DNA of 64,000 nucleotides from positions 466,579 to 530,578 of the forward strand of contig CAWBOJ010000006.1 of the NCBI GenBank assembly GCA_963790405.1, given 5' to 3'. The number at the start of each line of letters is the position of its first letter. The stretch's first letter is position 1. A program made the translations under genes and the position numbers. Shown here in pieces: positions 1 through 10,892 of the stretch. The stretch is from an uncultured Actinomycetota bacterium (GTDB taxonomy: Bacteria > Actinomycetota > Coriobacteriia > Anaerosomatales > JAGXFU01). A model generated the notes under the pieces. The model was given only the letters and a program-made list of their open reading frames with translations, made no database searches and was not told where the DNA came from.

Positions 1-96
1 CGCGCAGTTCTGACGGCAGCTGCCATGACGTACCTTGCGGCCGCTCTGATCGCCGTGATGCAGCTGCTCTATTTCGTGGGACTGTCTCGCCGCTAG
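1..96 (+). CDS. 3' end of an upstream gene (partial; hydrophobic C-terminus, function unknown)
   Basis: Frame 1 is open from the window edge to TAG 94-96. It encodes RAVLTAAAMTYLAAALIAVMQLLYFVGLSRR, a membrane-helix-like tail that is too short to name. Confidence 0.3.
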   Translation, partial: RAVLTAAAMTYLAAALIAVMQLLYFVGLSRR

Positions 97-122
97 GCGT
101 CAGAGGCAGCTGCTAGAATCTG

Positions 123-1430
123 TTGACAGACAGCTGGCGAATGAGAGGGGGCGATGGGGTGGCCGGAGCGGCATCGCTTACCGTTACCCAGGCGATGTCT
201 CTTGCCCGCAGCGCTCTCGAGACGGTGACGGTCCAGGTTCTCGGCGAGGTCTCCGAGTTCAACGACAAGCCGGGATACAAGGCGGCGTACTTCACGGTGT
301 GTGACGAGGGTGCGTCGATGCCGTGCATGATGTGGCGTGATGCGTACGTGGCCTCCGGCGTCCAACTGCGGTGCGGGACGCTCGTTCAGATGAGTGGCAC
401 GTTCTCGGCATATGTCCCCAAAGGCCGGATGCAATTCATGGTCAAGCGAGTCGCTCTGGCGGGCGAGGGGATGCTGCGCATGCAGGTCGCCGAACTTGCC
501 AGAAAGCTCGAGTCCGAGGGGCTGATGCGCGCCGATCGCAAGCGAGCCTTGCCGATCCACCCCGAGAAGATCGCGGTCGTGACTTCGCCGCGGGGCAAAG
601 CGGTGCACGATGTGATCCGCACCCTGCGAAGGCGCTACCCTCTCGCCGAGCTGCTCGTAGCGGGCGTGGCAGTCGAGGGAGCCGATGCGCCGCGCGCGAT
701 GGCTGACGCCATGAAGATCGCCGCAGATGCGGGCGCCGAGGTGATCTTGCTCGTGCGGGGTGGCGGCAGCTACGAGGACCTGATGCCGTTCAATGACGAG
801 TCCGTCGCACGTGCGGTCGCTGCATGCCCGGTGCCCGTTGTGACCGGCATCGGACATGAACCGGATGTCTCGATCGCCGACATGGTGGGCGATCTGCACG
901 CATCGACACCAACTGCGGCAGCCGAAGCGGTGGCCCCGTCGGTCGAGGAACTCTCGGCGACACTCGACAAGACAGGTCGACTCCTGGGACGAGCACTGCA
1001 GCACCGCGTCCAGGAGGCACGCCATCGGCTCCGCATGCTCGCTGGGAGACCAGTGTTCTGCGATCGCGCCGCCCTTGTCGGTCCGGCGTGGCAGACACTC
1101 GACAGCCTGTCGGCGGGCCTGAGACGCGCGATACCTGTGCGCCTCGAACGGGACGCACGGCAGCTGACGTATCTGCGCGAACGCATCGTGCGGGTGGGGC
1201 CACGCGTCGTGGAGCGCGCCTCTCAGCAGATGAAGAGCGGCGCGGCGCGGCTGAACGATCTGTCGCCGTTGGCGATTCTTGGCCGAGGGTATGCCGTGTG
1301 TTTCGCAGATGACGGTACGCGCGTCGTGAAGTCGTACTCGGAAGTGGATGTCGGAGACAACGTGACGGTACGTCTTGGAACAGGCAGGATAGGATGCAAG
1401 GTCGAATCGACCGAGGAGGCGGAGGGCTAG
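123..1430 (+). CDS. xseA: Exodeoxyribonuclease VII large subunit
   Basis: 435-aa ORF with the ExoVII large-subunit pattern (VVTSPRGKAVHDVIRTLRRRYP, LVRGGGSYEDLMPFNDE, PVVTGIGHEPD). xseB starts on the base after its stop. The start is uncertain (TTG 123 or ATG 141). Confidence 0.9.
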   Translation: MTDSWRMRGGDGVAGAASLTVTQAMSLARSALETVTVQVLGEVSEFNDKPGYKAAYFTVCDEGASMPCMMWRDAYVASGVQLRCGTLVQMSGTFSAYVPKGRMQFMVKRVALAGEGMLRMQVAELARKLESEGLMRADRKRALPIHPEKIAVVTSPRGKAVHDVIRTLRRRYPLAELLVAGVAVEGADAPRAMADAMKIAADAGAEVILLVRGGGSYEDLMPFNDESVARAVAACPVPVVTGIGHEPDVSIADMVGDLHASTPTAAAEAVAPSVEELSATLDKTGRLLGRALQHRVQEARHRLRMLAGRPVFCDRAALVGPAWQTLDSLSAGLRRAIPVRLERDARQLTYLRERIVRVGPRVVERASQQMKSGAARLNDLSPLAILGRGYAVCFADDGTRVVKSYSEVDVGDNVTVRLGTGRIGCKVESTEEAEG

Positions 1431-1682
1431 ATGTCACCGGAGACACCCGTCCCAGCCGAGGGGCTCGCCTTTGGCGAAGCACTCTCGGAGCTGGAGACCA
1501 TCGTCGCCACGCTCGAGGGCGGGCAGCTTGAACTCGAGGAGAGCTTGTCGCGCTACGAGCGCGGTGTTGCGCTACTCAAGGCGCTCCAGACGAAGCTGTC
1601 CGACGCCGAGCAGCGCGTTACGATGCTGATAGGTGAGCTGGAGACCGAAGACGAGGGCGCAAGCGCCAAACCGGAGGGGTGA
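1431..1682 (+). CDS. xseB: Exodeoxyribonuclease VII small subunit
   Basis: 83-aa ORF abutting xseA. It contains FGEALSELETIVATLEGGQLELEESLSRYERGVALLKAL, the helical-hairpin signature of XseB. Confidence 0.9.
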   Translation: MSPETPVPAEGLAFGEALSELETIVATLEGGQLELEESLSRYERGVALLKALQTKLSDAEQRVTMLIGELETEDEGASAKPEG

Positions 1683-1685
1683 GCG

Positions 1686-2039
1686 GTGGACAACTGCATT
1701 TTCTGCATGATCGGTCGTGGAGAGATGGAGGCCAAGAAGGTCTACGAAGACGACATGGTTGTCGCGTTCGACGATATCGCCCCGCAAGCGCCGATTCACA
1801 CACTGATCATTCCCCGGCAGCATGTGGGGACTTTGAGCGACGAAATGTCGGATGAGTTGGTGTTGGCCCTCTTCTCTGCGATTCCGAAGATCGCGGAACT
1901 CAAGGGTATTGCCCAGACCGGATACCGCGTAATCGTCAACAACGGTAGGGACGCCAACCAGACTGTCGGACACCTTCATGTCCACGTAATGGGTGGTCGC
2001 ACGATGTCACATGGCATGGTCAACTTCGCCGAGGAGTGA
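1686..2039 (+). CDS. HIT-family (histidine triad) nucleotide hydrolase
   Basis: 117-aa ORF starting CIFCMI, with the histidine triad HLHVHVMGG near the C-terminus. Confidence 0.9.
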   Translation: MDNCIFCMIGRGEMEAKKVYEDDMVVAFDDIAPQAPIHTLIIPRQHVGTLSDEMSDELVLALFSAIPKIAELKGIAQTGYRVIVNNGRDANQTVGHLHVHVMGGRTMSHGMVNFAEE

Positions 2040-2893
2040 GGGAGCTTCTTGTGGGCAAGATCGCGGTAGTAACCGATAGCACGGCCGATCTGACGACTGA
2101 GCTTATCGAACAGTATGGAATTACGGTCGTTCCTCTGACCCTCGTCATCGGGGAGGAGACGATGCTCGACGGCACGCTCACTCAAGAGGAGTTCTTCGAG
2201 CGCATGAACGCGGCTCCCGAACTGCCCACCACATCTCAGCCGCCTGTCGGGGCGTTCATCGAGGTCTATCAGAAGGCATTGGAGACGGCTTCCGAGGTGG
2301 TTTCCGTGCACATCTCATCGAAGCTTTCGGGCACCATTTCCTCGGCGCGCAAGGCGGCCGAGGAGTTCGCCGGCAGGGTCCACGTGGTCGATTCGCTGCA
2401 ACTCTCCTGGGGTCTCGGTTTCCAGGCGCTCGAAGCCGGGCGGGCCGCCATGTCCGAGATCGACGCGAGTGCGGTGGTCAAGCGTGTCGAGTCCGTACGC
2501 GACAGAGTGGAGATGATCGTTCACGTCGACACGGTCGACAATCTGGTCAAGGGCGGACGCATCTCAAGTTTCGCGGGCCGCGTCAGTGGCATGCTCAATG
2601 TGAAGCTCAGCTTCACCGTCAATGAAGAAGGCAGCTTCGCTCTCGTGCGCCCGTTCCGAAACGCGCAGTCGGCTCTCAAGCACGGGCTTGACTGGGTCGG
2701 GGAGCATATGGGAGATACGAAGCGGGGAGCCTTCTGTGTCGCGCATGCAATGTCCGAGGACCGGGCAGAGTGGTTGAGAGAGCGGATCGAGGAGCGCTTC
2801 GATGTGACCGAGATGTTCGTGGCCCAGACTGGCACGGTTCTCTCCACGCATACCGGTACCGGCTGGGCCATCGCTTTCGTTCCCGAGGAGTAG
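2036..2893 (+). CDS. DegV-family fatty-acid-binding protein
   Basis: 285-aa ORF with a DegV-type N-terminus (KIAVVTDSTADL), TSQPPVGAFIEVY and VHISSKLSGT. The start is GTG 2036 (overlapping the HIT stop) or GTG 2051. Confidence 0.85.
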   Translation: MRELLVGKIAVVTDSTADLTTELIEQYGITVVPLTLVIGEETMLDGTLTQEEFFERMNAAPELPTTSQPPVGAFIEVYQKALETASEVVSVHISSKLSGTISSARKAAEEFAGRVHVVDSLQLSWGLGFQALEAGRAAMSEIDASAVVKRVESVRDRVEMIVHVDTVDNLVKGGRISSFAGRVSGMLNVKLSFTVNEEGSFALVRPFRNAQSALKHGLDWVGEHMGDTKRGAFCVAHAMSEDRAEWLRERIEERFDVTEMFVAQTGTVLSTHTGTGWAIAFVPEE

Positions 2894-2897
2894 CTCG

Positions 2898-4466
2898 ATG
2901 GATGTACGGCGCTGGCCGGTCACGTTCATTCCGGCGGGAGTCACGGTCTGGGTCGATCACGACAGCACCGTTCTTGAGGCTGCACGACGTGCGGGTGTGG
3001 TCATCCAGGCTCCGTGCGGTGGACGGGGAGTGTGCGGAAAGTGCGCGGTACGCGTGGTCGAAGGCGAGCCGCTGCCGCCCGACGATATCGAGCGGCGCGG
3101 ACTGTCCAACGCGCCGAAAGGCGTGAGGCTCGCGTGCAGAATGCGGGTCGGCGGGCCGCTCAGCATACGACCGGTGGTTTCTGCCGGGGTTGCCGCGTCT
3201 ACTGCGGATTGGGTCAGCGATGAGCGCGCGGTTGCCGGCGTAGACATGGGTACGACGACCGTTTCGGCCGTGATCGTCGGCGTGTCGACCGGTCGTCAAC
3301 TGGGCCGCGCCACCGTTGCGAACGCTCAACAATCCTACGGTGCCGATGTAATCTCGCGTGTTGCGGCGGCCATGACCGACGGATCGGGTCTCCGCGAAGC
3401 AGCGCGCGCATCGGTCTCAGCTGCGCTGCGGGGTGCGTGCGGTCGTGCCGGCGCCTGTCTCGATCAACTGGATCGGATCGTCATTGCCGGTAATACGGCA
3501 ATGATTGGACTGCTGGCCGGCGCCGATGTGTCCGGGTTGGGAAGTGCGCCGTTCACCCAGCCGGAGGGGATCGAGGGCGTGGCGCCGGCCGGGCTCATCC
3601 CTGAGCTTCCCGCGTCGACGATCGTGGAGTTCGTGCCGCCCGTCGGGGGATTCGTTGGCGGAGATATCACAGCCGGGCTCCTCGCAGCGGGTGTGCTCGA
3701 GTCGGACGATGATGTGATCTACGTCGATATCGGAACCAACGCAGAGATCGTCGTCCGTCGCAAAGGGCGGACGTTCTTCGCCTCGACTGCAGCAGGCCCC
3801 GCCTTCGAAGGTTACGGGCTCAGTGAAGGCGGACCCGCACAGACCGGTGCAGTGGTAGGCGTGCGCATGGCAGACGATCTCGAGCTTGAGGTTGTCGGCG
3901 GTGTCCCTCCAAAGTGGATCGCGGGTTCGGGAGTTGTCTCGCTGGTGGCGATGCTGCTCCGCAGCCGACACTTGTCCGAAGATGGGCTGCTGACCGCTGC
4001 TGGACCTTTCAGCGGACGATTCGGCACGGACGACCAAGGTGTCATTCGAGTAGGTCTTGGGATCGACGGCACTGCTCCCTACATCACGCAACTCGACATC
4101 CGAGCGTTCCAGACAGCCAAAGCCGCTGTGGCATCGGGGGTGTTGGCGGTTGCCTCACACGCAGGACTGCGCGCGCGCCAAGTCGACCGGGTGATAGTGA
4201 CCGGGACATTTGGCTCGTCGCTCGAGATGGGGGATCTCAGTGCGATAGGCGTGACGCCCGAAGAGCTGACCGATCGTGCGGAGGTATTCGAGGATGCGGC
4301 GCTGCTTGGGTCTGCAACGGTGGCGTTTCACCCCGAAGCGGAAAATGCAATCGCAGAATTGAGGTCCTCGGCCACGCGGATTGAACTGGCCCAGGACTCA
4401 GGATTCGCGGCGTCGTTCGTGAAGGCGACGCGTCTGGCTCCGTACTCGCTCAAGAAGGGGTTCTGA
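2898..4466 (+). CDS. ASKHA-fold protein with N-terminal plant-type [2Fe-2S] ferredoxin domain (DUF4445 / RACo-like corrinoid-activation family)
   Basis: 522-aa ORF. The N-terminus has CGGRGVCGKCAV. ASKHA phosphate motifs are present (GVDMGTTTV, VDIGTNAEIVV, AAGPAFEG). No corrinoid protein lies next to it in this window. Confidence 0.7.
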   Translation: MDVRRWPVTFIPAGVTVWVDHDSTVLEAARRAGVVIQAPCGGRGVCGKCAVRVVEGEPLPPDDIERRGLSNAPKGVRLACRMRVGGPLSIRPVVSAGVAASTADWVSDERAVAGVDMGTTTVSAVIVGVSTGRQLGRATVANAQQSYGADVISRVAAAMTDGSGLREAARASVSAALRGACGRAGACLDQLDRIVIAGNTAMIGLLAGADVSGLGSAPFTQPEGIEGVAPAGLIPELPASTIVEFVPPVGGFVGGDITAGLLAAGVLESDDDVIYVDIGTNAEIVVRRKGRTFFASTAAGPAFEGYGLSEGGPAQTGAVVGVRMADDLELEVVGGVPPKWIAGSGVVSLVAMLLRSRHLSEDGLLTAAGPFSGRFGTDDQGVIRVGLGIDGTAPYITQLDIRAFQTAKAAVASGVLAVASHAGLRARQVDRVIVTGTFGSSLEMGDLSAIGVTPEELTDRAEVFEDAALLGSATVAFHPEAENAIAELRSSATRIELAQDSGFAASFVKATRLAPYSLKKGF

Positions 4467-4512
4467 GCTGCTGTGATTGTCGGTTCAGGACGTGAGATGC
4501 CCGGAATAGATT

Positions 4513-4542
4513 GAGGACCCCGGCCTTCGAGCCGAGGTCCTC
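4513..4542 (+). terminator. Candidate intrinsic terminator after the RACo-like gene
   Basis: GAGGACC-c-CGGC-cttcga-GCCG-a-GGTCCTC hairpin 47 nt after the stop, followed by gtattcctcttcc. Confidence 0.45.
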
Positions 4543-5005
4543 GTATTCCTCTTCCCTTGCTACCCCTGAGTCTCTTGACGAGTTCGTGTACGACGTGCCT
4601 GGTAGTCGTACATACACCGCGATGCCGGTCGACGATGTCTCGTCATTTGTCTGTCGTCCGGATCCCCCGGATGCGACATGTGCTGGGAAGGGAAACTGAA
4701 ACCTACTAGTCACTCTAGCGCACTGTTCCTGCCGTTGCAACTATTGTTACAAGGATTAGAGAAGTTAAGATATGCACCGTGTCTACCTGGGGTTTTGCGC
4801 AGGTCAAGCACCTCGTGTGGGCACGACCGTCCACCGAAAGATAACCACCGTTGACCTGATGGAGGGTTCGGTCCAAGGGGTTGTGGACGGTACCATTGTC
4901 TGCACATCGTGGTCGCATCGCCCGAAGGGGCGAGCAGGTGACATGCATCGCTGAGAGCGAAAGCGCCGTGACCCCGTGAGTATCTGGCGGACGAAGGAGG
5001 CCCAC

Positions 5006-6998
5006 ATGACTGACGAGTCCACCTCGATTGAATCCATGTCGAATGAGCTGCGCGTCGTCGAGCCCGCGGATTGGGTGAAGGAGAAGGCGCACGTGAGCTC
5101 GATGGAGCAGTACGAGGCCATGTACAAGCGCTCCGTCGAGGACCCCGAGGGGTTCTGGGCCGAGCAGGCCGAGGAGCATCTGTACTGGCACAAGAAGTGG
5201 GACAAGGTACTCGATTGGGAGTTCGATACTCCGAAGATCGAGTGGTTCAAGGGCGGCAAGACCAACGTCGCCTACAACTGCCTTGATCGACATCTCACAA
5301 CCTGGCGCCGGAACAAAGCGGCGATCATCTGGGAGTCCGATGAGGGCCGCAGCAAGGTCTACACCTACCAGTCGCTCTACTACAAGGTGTGCAGGTTCGC
5401 CAACGTTCTCAAGAAGCACGGCATCAAGAAGGGCGATCGCGTCGCCATCTACATGCCGATGATCCCCGAGCTGGCTATCGCAATGCTTGCGTGCGCACGC
5501 ATCGGCGCGATTCACTCGGTCGTGTTCGGTGGCTTCTCGGCACAGGCGTTGCGCGACCGCATGAACGACTGCGATACGCGGATGCTCATCACTGCCGATG
5601 AGGGAATACGTGGAGGTCGCGTCGTTCCGCTCAAGGCCATGGCGGACGAAGCTTTGCTCGAATGCCCGACGGTCGAGAGCGTCATCGTGGTTTCTCGCGC
5701 TCAGACACGCGTCGATATGGAGCCGAATCGCGACTACTGGTACCACGAGGAGATGCGGGCATCCGACATCTCGCGTCACTGCGATATCGAGTGGATGGAT
5801 GCCGAGGACCCGCTGTTCATCCTGTACACGTCTGGCTCCACTGGCAAGCCCAAGGGTGTGCTTCACACGACGGCCGGCTACCTGCTCTACACGGCCATGA
5901 CGTTCAAGTACACGTTCGATTATCACGACGAGGATGTGTACTGGTGCACCGCCGACATCGGCTGGGTCACGGGTCACAGCTACATCGTCTACGGGCCGCT
6001 GTGTCTGGGTGCTACCTCCCTCATGTTCGAGGGTGTCCCGACGTATCCGGACGCGGGAAGGTTCTGGGATGTCGTGGACAAGCACGGCGTCAATCAGTTC
6101 TACACCGCTCCGACCGCGATTCGTGCACTCATGAAGCATCGGAGATGAATGGCCGGCCAAGTACGATCTTTCGTCGCTACGTGTCCTGGGTACGGTCGGT
6201 GAGCCGATCAACCCGGAAGCGTGGATGTGGTACTACGAGAAAGTCGGTCGTGAGCGCATCCCGATTGTGGACACGTACTGGCAGACTGAGACCGGCGGTC
6301 ATCTGATCACCAATCTGCCGGGCGCCACACCTATGAAGCCGGGTTCGGCCACACGTCCGATGTTCGGCGTGCAGCCTATCATCCTCAACGAGGACAAGAC
6401 CGAGACCCCGGTTGGCGAAGGCGGCCGCCTGTGTATCAAGTTCCCATGGCCCGGCATGCTACGAGGGACGTGGGGAGATCCGGACAACAAGCTCGTCAAG
6501 GAAGTCTACTTCTCGACGTTCCCAGGGATGTACTTCACTGGTGACGGTGCGCGCAAGGACACGGACGGCTTCTACTGGCTCCTTGGCCGCGTGGACGATG
6601 TCATCAACGTCTCCGGTCACCGGATGGGAACGGCGGAAGTGGAATCGGCACTCGTTTCCCACGCGTCGGTCGTTGAGGCCGCAGTTGTTGGCTTCCCGCA
6701 CGACGTCAAGGGCGAAGGCATCTACGCCTACGTCATCCTCAAGGGCGACGTCGAAGCCGACGAGAACCTCGTGAAGCAGCTTCGTGGTCACGTGCGTCAG
6801 GAGATCGGTCCGATTGCCACTCCGGATGCGATTCACCTGGTTCCGGAACTGCCCAAGACCCGTTCCGGCAAGATCATGCGTCGCATCCTACGCAAGATCG
6901 CCGCCGGTGAGACTGACATGACGGCGTTTGGCGATATCTCGACGCTGGCTGATCCTTCGATCGTTCAGACGATTCTGGATACACGGCCGGGCGACTAG
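5006..6998 (+). pseudogene. acs: Acetyl-CoA synthetase (AMP-forming), reading frame broken by one extra base near 6140
   Basis: ORF fragments 4976-6148 and 6225-6998 together cover Acs end to end ([44 protein letters not shown]). Reading AAGCAT[C]GGAGATGAATGG without the extra base gives [41 protein letters not shown] and joins the fragments. AAGGAGG precedes ATG 5006. Confidence 0.9.
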
Positions 6999-7168
6999 TC
7001 AGAGACGTCATCACGGCTGATTGAGCGCCGTCGGGCCTCGTTCGCACCTTGAAAAGGGGGCGGGCGAGGCCCGGTTTGCGTGCTGGGCAACAGCGCGCCT
7101 CGGCGCCGTTCGTGGTAACATACCTTCGGCTTTCACCCCCTCGCAACTCGCACGAAAGGAACGTCCCC

Positions 7169-8246
7169 ATGCCCTTCAACGACCTATTCCTTCGCGCCGC
7201 GCGCAATCAGCCGACCGAGCGCACTCCCGTATGGATGATGCGTCAGGCCGGACGCTACATGGAGGAGTATCGCGCGATTCGCGCCAAGCACGGCTTCCTC
7301 GAGATGTGCCGCACACCCGAGCTGGTGGTTGAGGTGACGCTGCAGCCCGTTGACCTGGTGGGCGTGGACGCAGCGATCATGTTCTCGGACATCCTCGTCT
7401 CTTTCCCCGGCATGGGGCTCGATCTCGAATTCGCCAAAGGCGAGGGTCCCGTCATTAACAACCCGATACGCTCGGCCGCCGATGTCGAGAAGCTGCGTGT
7501 CGCAGATCCCTACGAGACCACCGGCTATGTGATGGAGTCGATCAAGATCCTGCGCCGCGAACTCGAGAACAAGGTGCCGTTGATCGGCTTTGCCGGCGCG
7601 CCGTTCACGCTGGCCAGCTACGCCATCGAGGGTCATGGCACGCGCGACTACGAGAACTGCAAGGCGCTCATGTGGAGCGACCCGGCCGCGTGGGACGATG
7701 CTCATGAACAAGTTCTCCGACACCGTGATCGCGTACCTGAATGCGCAGATCGACTCCGGAGCGCAGGTCGTCCAGCTCTTCGACAGCTGGGTCGGCTACG
7801 TCGCACCGCGCGACTACGAGCGCTACGTGCTGCCGCACAGCAAACGTGTGATCGAGGCAGTGAAGGCGCACGGTGACGAGGTCGTCGAAGGCGGCGTGCC
7901 GCTCATCCATTTCGCAAACGGCGCTACCTCGATGATCGACCTGGTCCAGAAGGCTGGCGGGGACATCGTCGGTGTCGACTGGAGTCTGGACATGAAACGA
8001 GCGGTCGAGCTCATCGATCCCAAGTTCGGCATCCAGGGCAACATCGACCCGGTTGCGTTGTTCGCGCCCGATGACGAACTCGAGCGCATGGTCGTCGACA
8101 TCCTCGAGGCGGTCGGGACGCGACCGGGGCACATCTTCAATCTCGGACACGGAATCCACAAGACGAGCGATCCCGAGAAGGCACGCACGATGATCCGTTT
8201 CGTGCACGAGCACTCCGATCGCATTCGCGGAGGAGCCGTTTCGTGA
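7169..8246 (+). pseudogene. hemE: Uroporphyrinogen decarboxylase, one frameshift near 7697
   Basis: Fragments 7049-7876 and 7590-8246. URO-D signature PVWMMRQAGRYM follows ATG 7169. TGGGAC[G]ATGCTCATGAAC without the extra g reads AAWDMLMNKFSDTVIAYLNAQ and continues to the end (FNLGHGI). Confidence 0.9.
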
Positions 8247-9254
8247 CCGGAGGGTCGCCCATGCAGCCCGGTGCTGTGATGGTGATGGCGTACGGCGGGC
8301 CCGATTGCCTCGACGCCGTCGGTCCGTTCATGTGCGAACTCACCGGCCGCGAGCCAGCGGGCGAGATGCTCGCCCGCATCCAGGCGCGCTACAACGCCAT
8401 CGGCGGAAAGTCGCCGCTGCCTGAGATCGCCGCGCAGTTCGCGTCATGCTTCGAGGGAGCGTCTCGCCGAGGACGGTGTGGATGTGCCCGTCGTCGTCGG
8501 TTTTCGATACACGCCACCGATGATCGGCGACGTACTTGAGAAGCTCTACGCTGACGGCGTTCGCAAGGTCGTCGGCGTGTCGCTCTCACCGTTCGAGTCG
8601 AAGTCGACGAACACGGCCTACTCGAGTGCCGTGGATGCGGCGTTGCCAGGACTACCGGGACTTGAGATGGACTACGCGTGCGCGTTCGGCGCCATGCCTG
8701 AGTTCGTCGAACTCCATCGCGAGCAGCTTGCATCGGTTCTCGCGCGAACGGACTGCGATGGCGGCACGGTCTTGACCGTGTTCACCGCACACAGTCTGCC
8801 CGTAGCTGACCTTGAGACTCCCGAGCGCTATGCCACCGGGCTACGCACGGTTGCGAGCGAGATCGCGCGTGGACTCGGGCTTGAAGCGGGAGATGAGTTC
8901 TCGGCAAGTGAGAGACTGCCGGGACTCGCTTCGTTCGGCGCGCCTGATGCGGAGCGAGCCTGGCTGCTGGCGTACCAGTCGAAGGGACAGCGTCCAGGGG
9001 AGTGGCTCGGTCCCGATATCGCCGAGGTGATGGAGACAGCAGCGGCAAACGGCTTCACGCAGATCGTGGTCAGCCCGATCGGGTTCGCCACAGAGCACAT
9101 GGAGACCCGCTACGACCTGGACATTGTCGAGGCCCAGCGTGCCGCAGAAGCTGGGGATGCGATTCGCTCGCGGGCAAGCGCCCAACGAGCGATCCACGAG
9201 CTTGTCGCCGCGACGTCGTCGGCCGTGCGGAAGCTACTGCAGCCAGGGGCATAG
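8243..9254 (+). pseudogene. hemH: Ferrochelatase (probably coproporphyrin ferrochelatase type), one frameshift near 8459
   Basis: Fragments 8243-8539 and 8478-9254 carry VMVMAYGGPD, VGVSLSPFES, VFTAHSLP and IVVSPIGFATEHMETRYDLD. GAGGGA[G]CGTCTCGCC without the extra g reads EGRLAEDGVDVPVVVGFRY. The start is GTG 8243 (GTGA overlap with hemE) or ATG 8261. Confidence 0.85.
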
Positions 9255-9316
9255 GGTTCTGTGCGGTGGCGACGCTCGTCGCTGGGCCGAGTGGCCTTCG
9301 CGGAAGGGACACCAAG

Positions 9317-10839
9317 GTGCGCAGGATCATCATCATCGGCGGTGGCGTAGCTGGTCTGGGTGCCGCGTACAAGCTACGTCGTGCGGCCGAGGCCGGTCAC
9401 GACGTCGACTTCGTCCTCGTGGAGAAGGCCGATCGGCTGGGCGGCAAGCTCGCCACCGACTACGTCGAGGATCCCGAGACGGGCGGTCGCTACGTCATCG
9501 ATGGCGGCTCGGATTCGTTCCTGACCCAGAAGACCGCAGTTCATCGCGTTGCGCGACTGCTCGGCATCTTCGACGACGAGTGCACCGACACTCGACGAGA
9601 ACAAGAAGACGCTCATCGTGAAGAACGGCAGACTGGTCGAGCTGCCCGACGGCATCATGATGTTCGCGCCCACCAAGATCATCCCGATGGCGACGACATC
9701 TCTGTACTCGTGGCCGGCGAAGCTCCGCATGGCGCTCGACCTCGTGATTCCCAAGAAGCAGGTGCGCCGAGGGCGAGCTCAACGACGAGACGCTCGAGAG
9801 CTTCGTGGTGCGCCGCATGGGCCGCGAGTGCCTCGATCGACTCGCCGAGCCGCTCGTGGGCGGCGTGAACGGGTCGGATCCGGCGCAGATGTCGCTTGCG
9901 GCCACCTATCCCGAACCTGCTCGAGATGGAGCAGGAGCACGGCTCGCTCGTGCGCGGCTTCCTCGCCCAGCGCAAGAAGGTCGAGGAGATGAAGCGGAAG
10001 TACCCGCCCAAGCCGGGCGCGAAGCCGCGGACGTTCTTCACGTCGTTCTGACGAGGGACTGCAGTTCCTCACGGACAGCATGGCCGACGCCGCCGGACGC
10101 GATCGAATGCGCGGCGGGCGTGGGTGCGACGTCGGTCGAACGGCTCGAAGACGGTGTCGTGGCGGGTGACTCTCGACACGGGCGAGACACTCGCAGGCGA
10201 CGCGGTGATCATCGCTACCGAGGTCTGGGCGGCACACGACCTGATGGGCGACGTCGATGCGCGTATCGCCAAGGTGCTCGGCCAGATACCGAGCAGCTCC
10301 TCGGCGACCGTACCGATCGCCTTTCGATGCGGCCGACTGCCCCTTCGACCTGCACTGGCACGGAATCTTGTCGCCCCGCATCGAGAACCAGCCGGTGACG
10401 GGCGTGTCGCTCGTTTCGTCGAAGTGGCCGAACCGGGCGCCCGAAGGGCGCGTGCTGATGCGCGCGTTCGTGGGCGGACCGCACGGTGCAGGCCGTGCTC
10501 GAACGCAGCGATGACGAGATCGTCGAGATCGTGCGCGAGCGAACTCGTGAAACTGCTCGGGGTGCGGGCGGACGCGAAGCCGCTGTTCGCACGCGTGTAT
10601 CGCTGGGAACGCGGTATGCCGCAGTACACGCTGGGGCATCTCGGCAGCGCGCGACGAGATCGAGCAGCGGTGCTCGGAGATTCAGGGACTCGCGCTTGCT
10701 GGCGGCGGTCTGCGGGGGGTTGGCGTGCCCAATTGCCTCGAGAGCGGCGAGCAAGCGGTCTCGAAGTTGCTCGGCGAGTGGGGCATCGAAACTTGCCGAG
10801 GACGACGTGGAAGAGAAGCGCGCGTCTACTAGAATGTGA
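9317..10839 (+). pseudogene. hemY: HemY-type protoporphyrinogen/coproporphyrinogen III oxidase, copy 1, many frameshifts
   Basis: GTG 9317 follows GGAAGGGA. FAD fold VRRIIIIGGGVAGLGAAYKL. Homology hops between all three frames (ORFs 9002-9868, 9549-9992, 9805-10398, 10124-11164, 10486-10839): LVELPDGIMMFAPTKIIP, RRMGRECLDRLAEPLVGGV, RVYRWERGMPQYTLGHLG. It ends EEKRASTRM-TGA at 10837-10839. Confidence 0.8.
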
Positions 10840-10892
10840 CGGCGGCGCCGCACGAAGTGGCCGCGCTACGACGAATCGAGCGAAGGACGCAC

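Noticed and set aside
93-1025. 310-aa ORF on the minus strand
   Set aside because: It is entirely antisense to xseA, rich in Arg/Ala/Gly/His, and has no protein-like motifs. It is a typical shadow ORF of GC-rich DNA.
6146-6148. TGA inside acs as a possible selenocysteine or readthrough codon
   Set aside because: The downstream Acs homology continues in a different frame (+1). The conserved sequence [11 protein letters not shown] is restored by deleting one base near 6140. This is a frameshift, not a recoded stop.
4715-6211. 498-aa ORF on the minus strand
   Set aside because: It is antisense to acs, whose homology is unambiguous on the plus strand. Its composition is shadow-frame-like.
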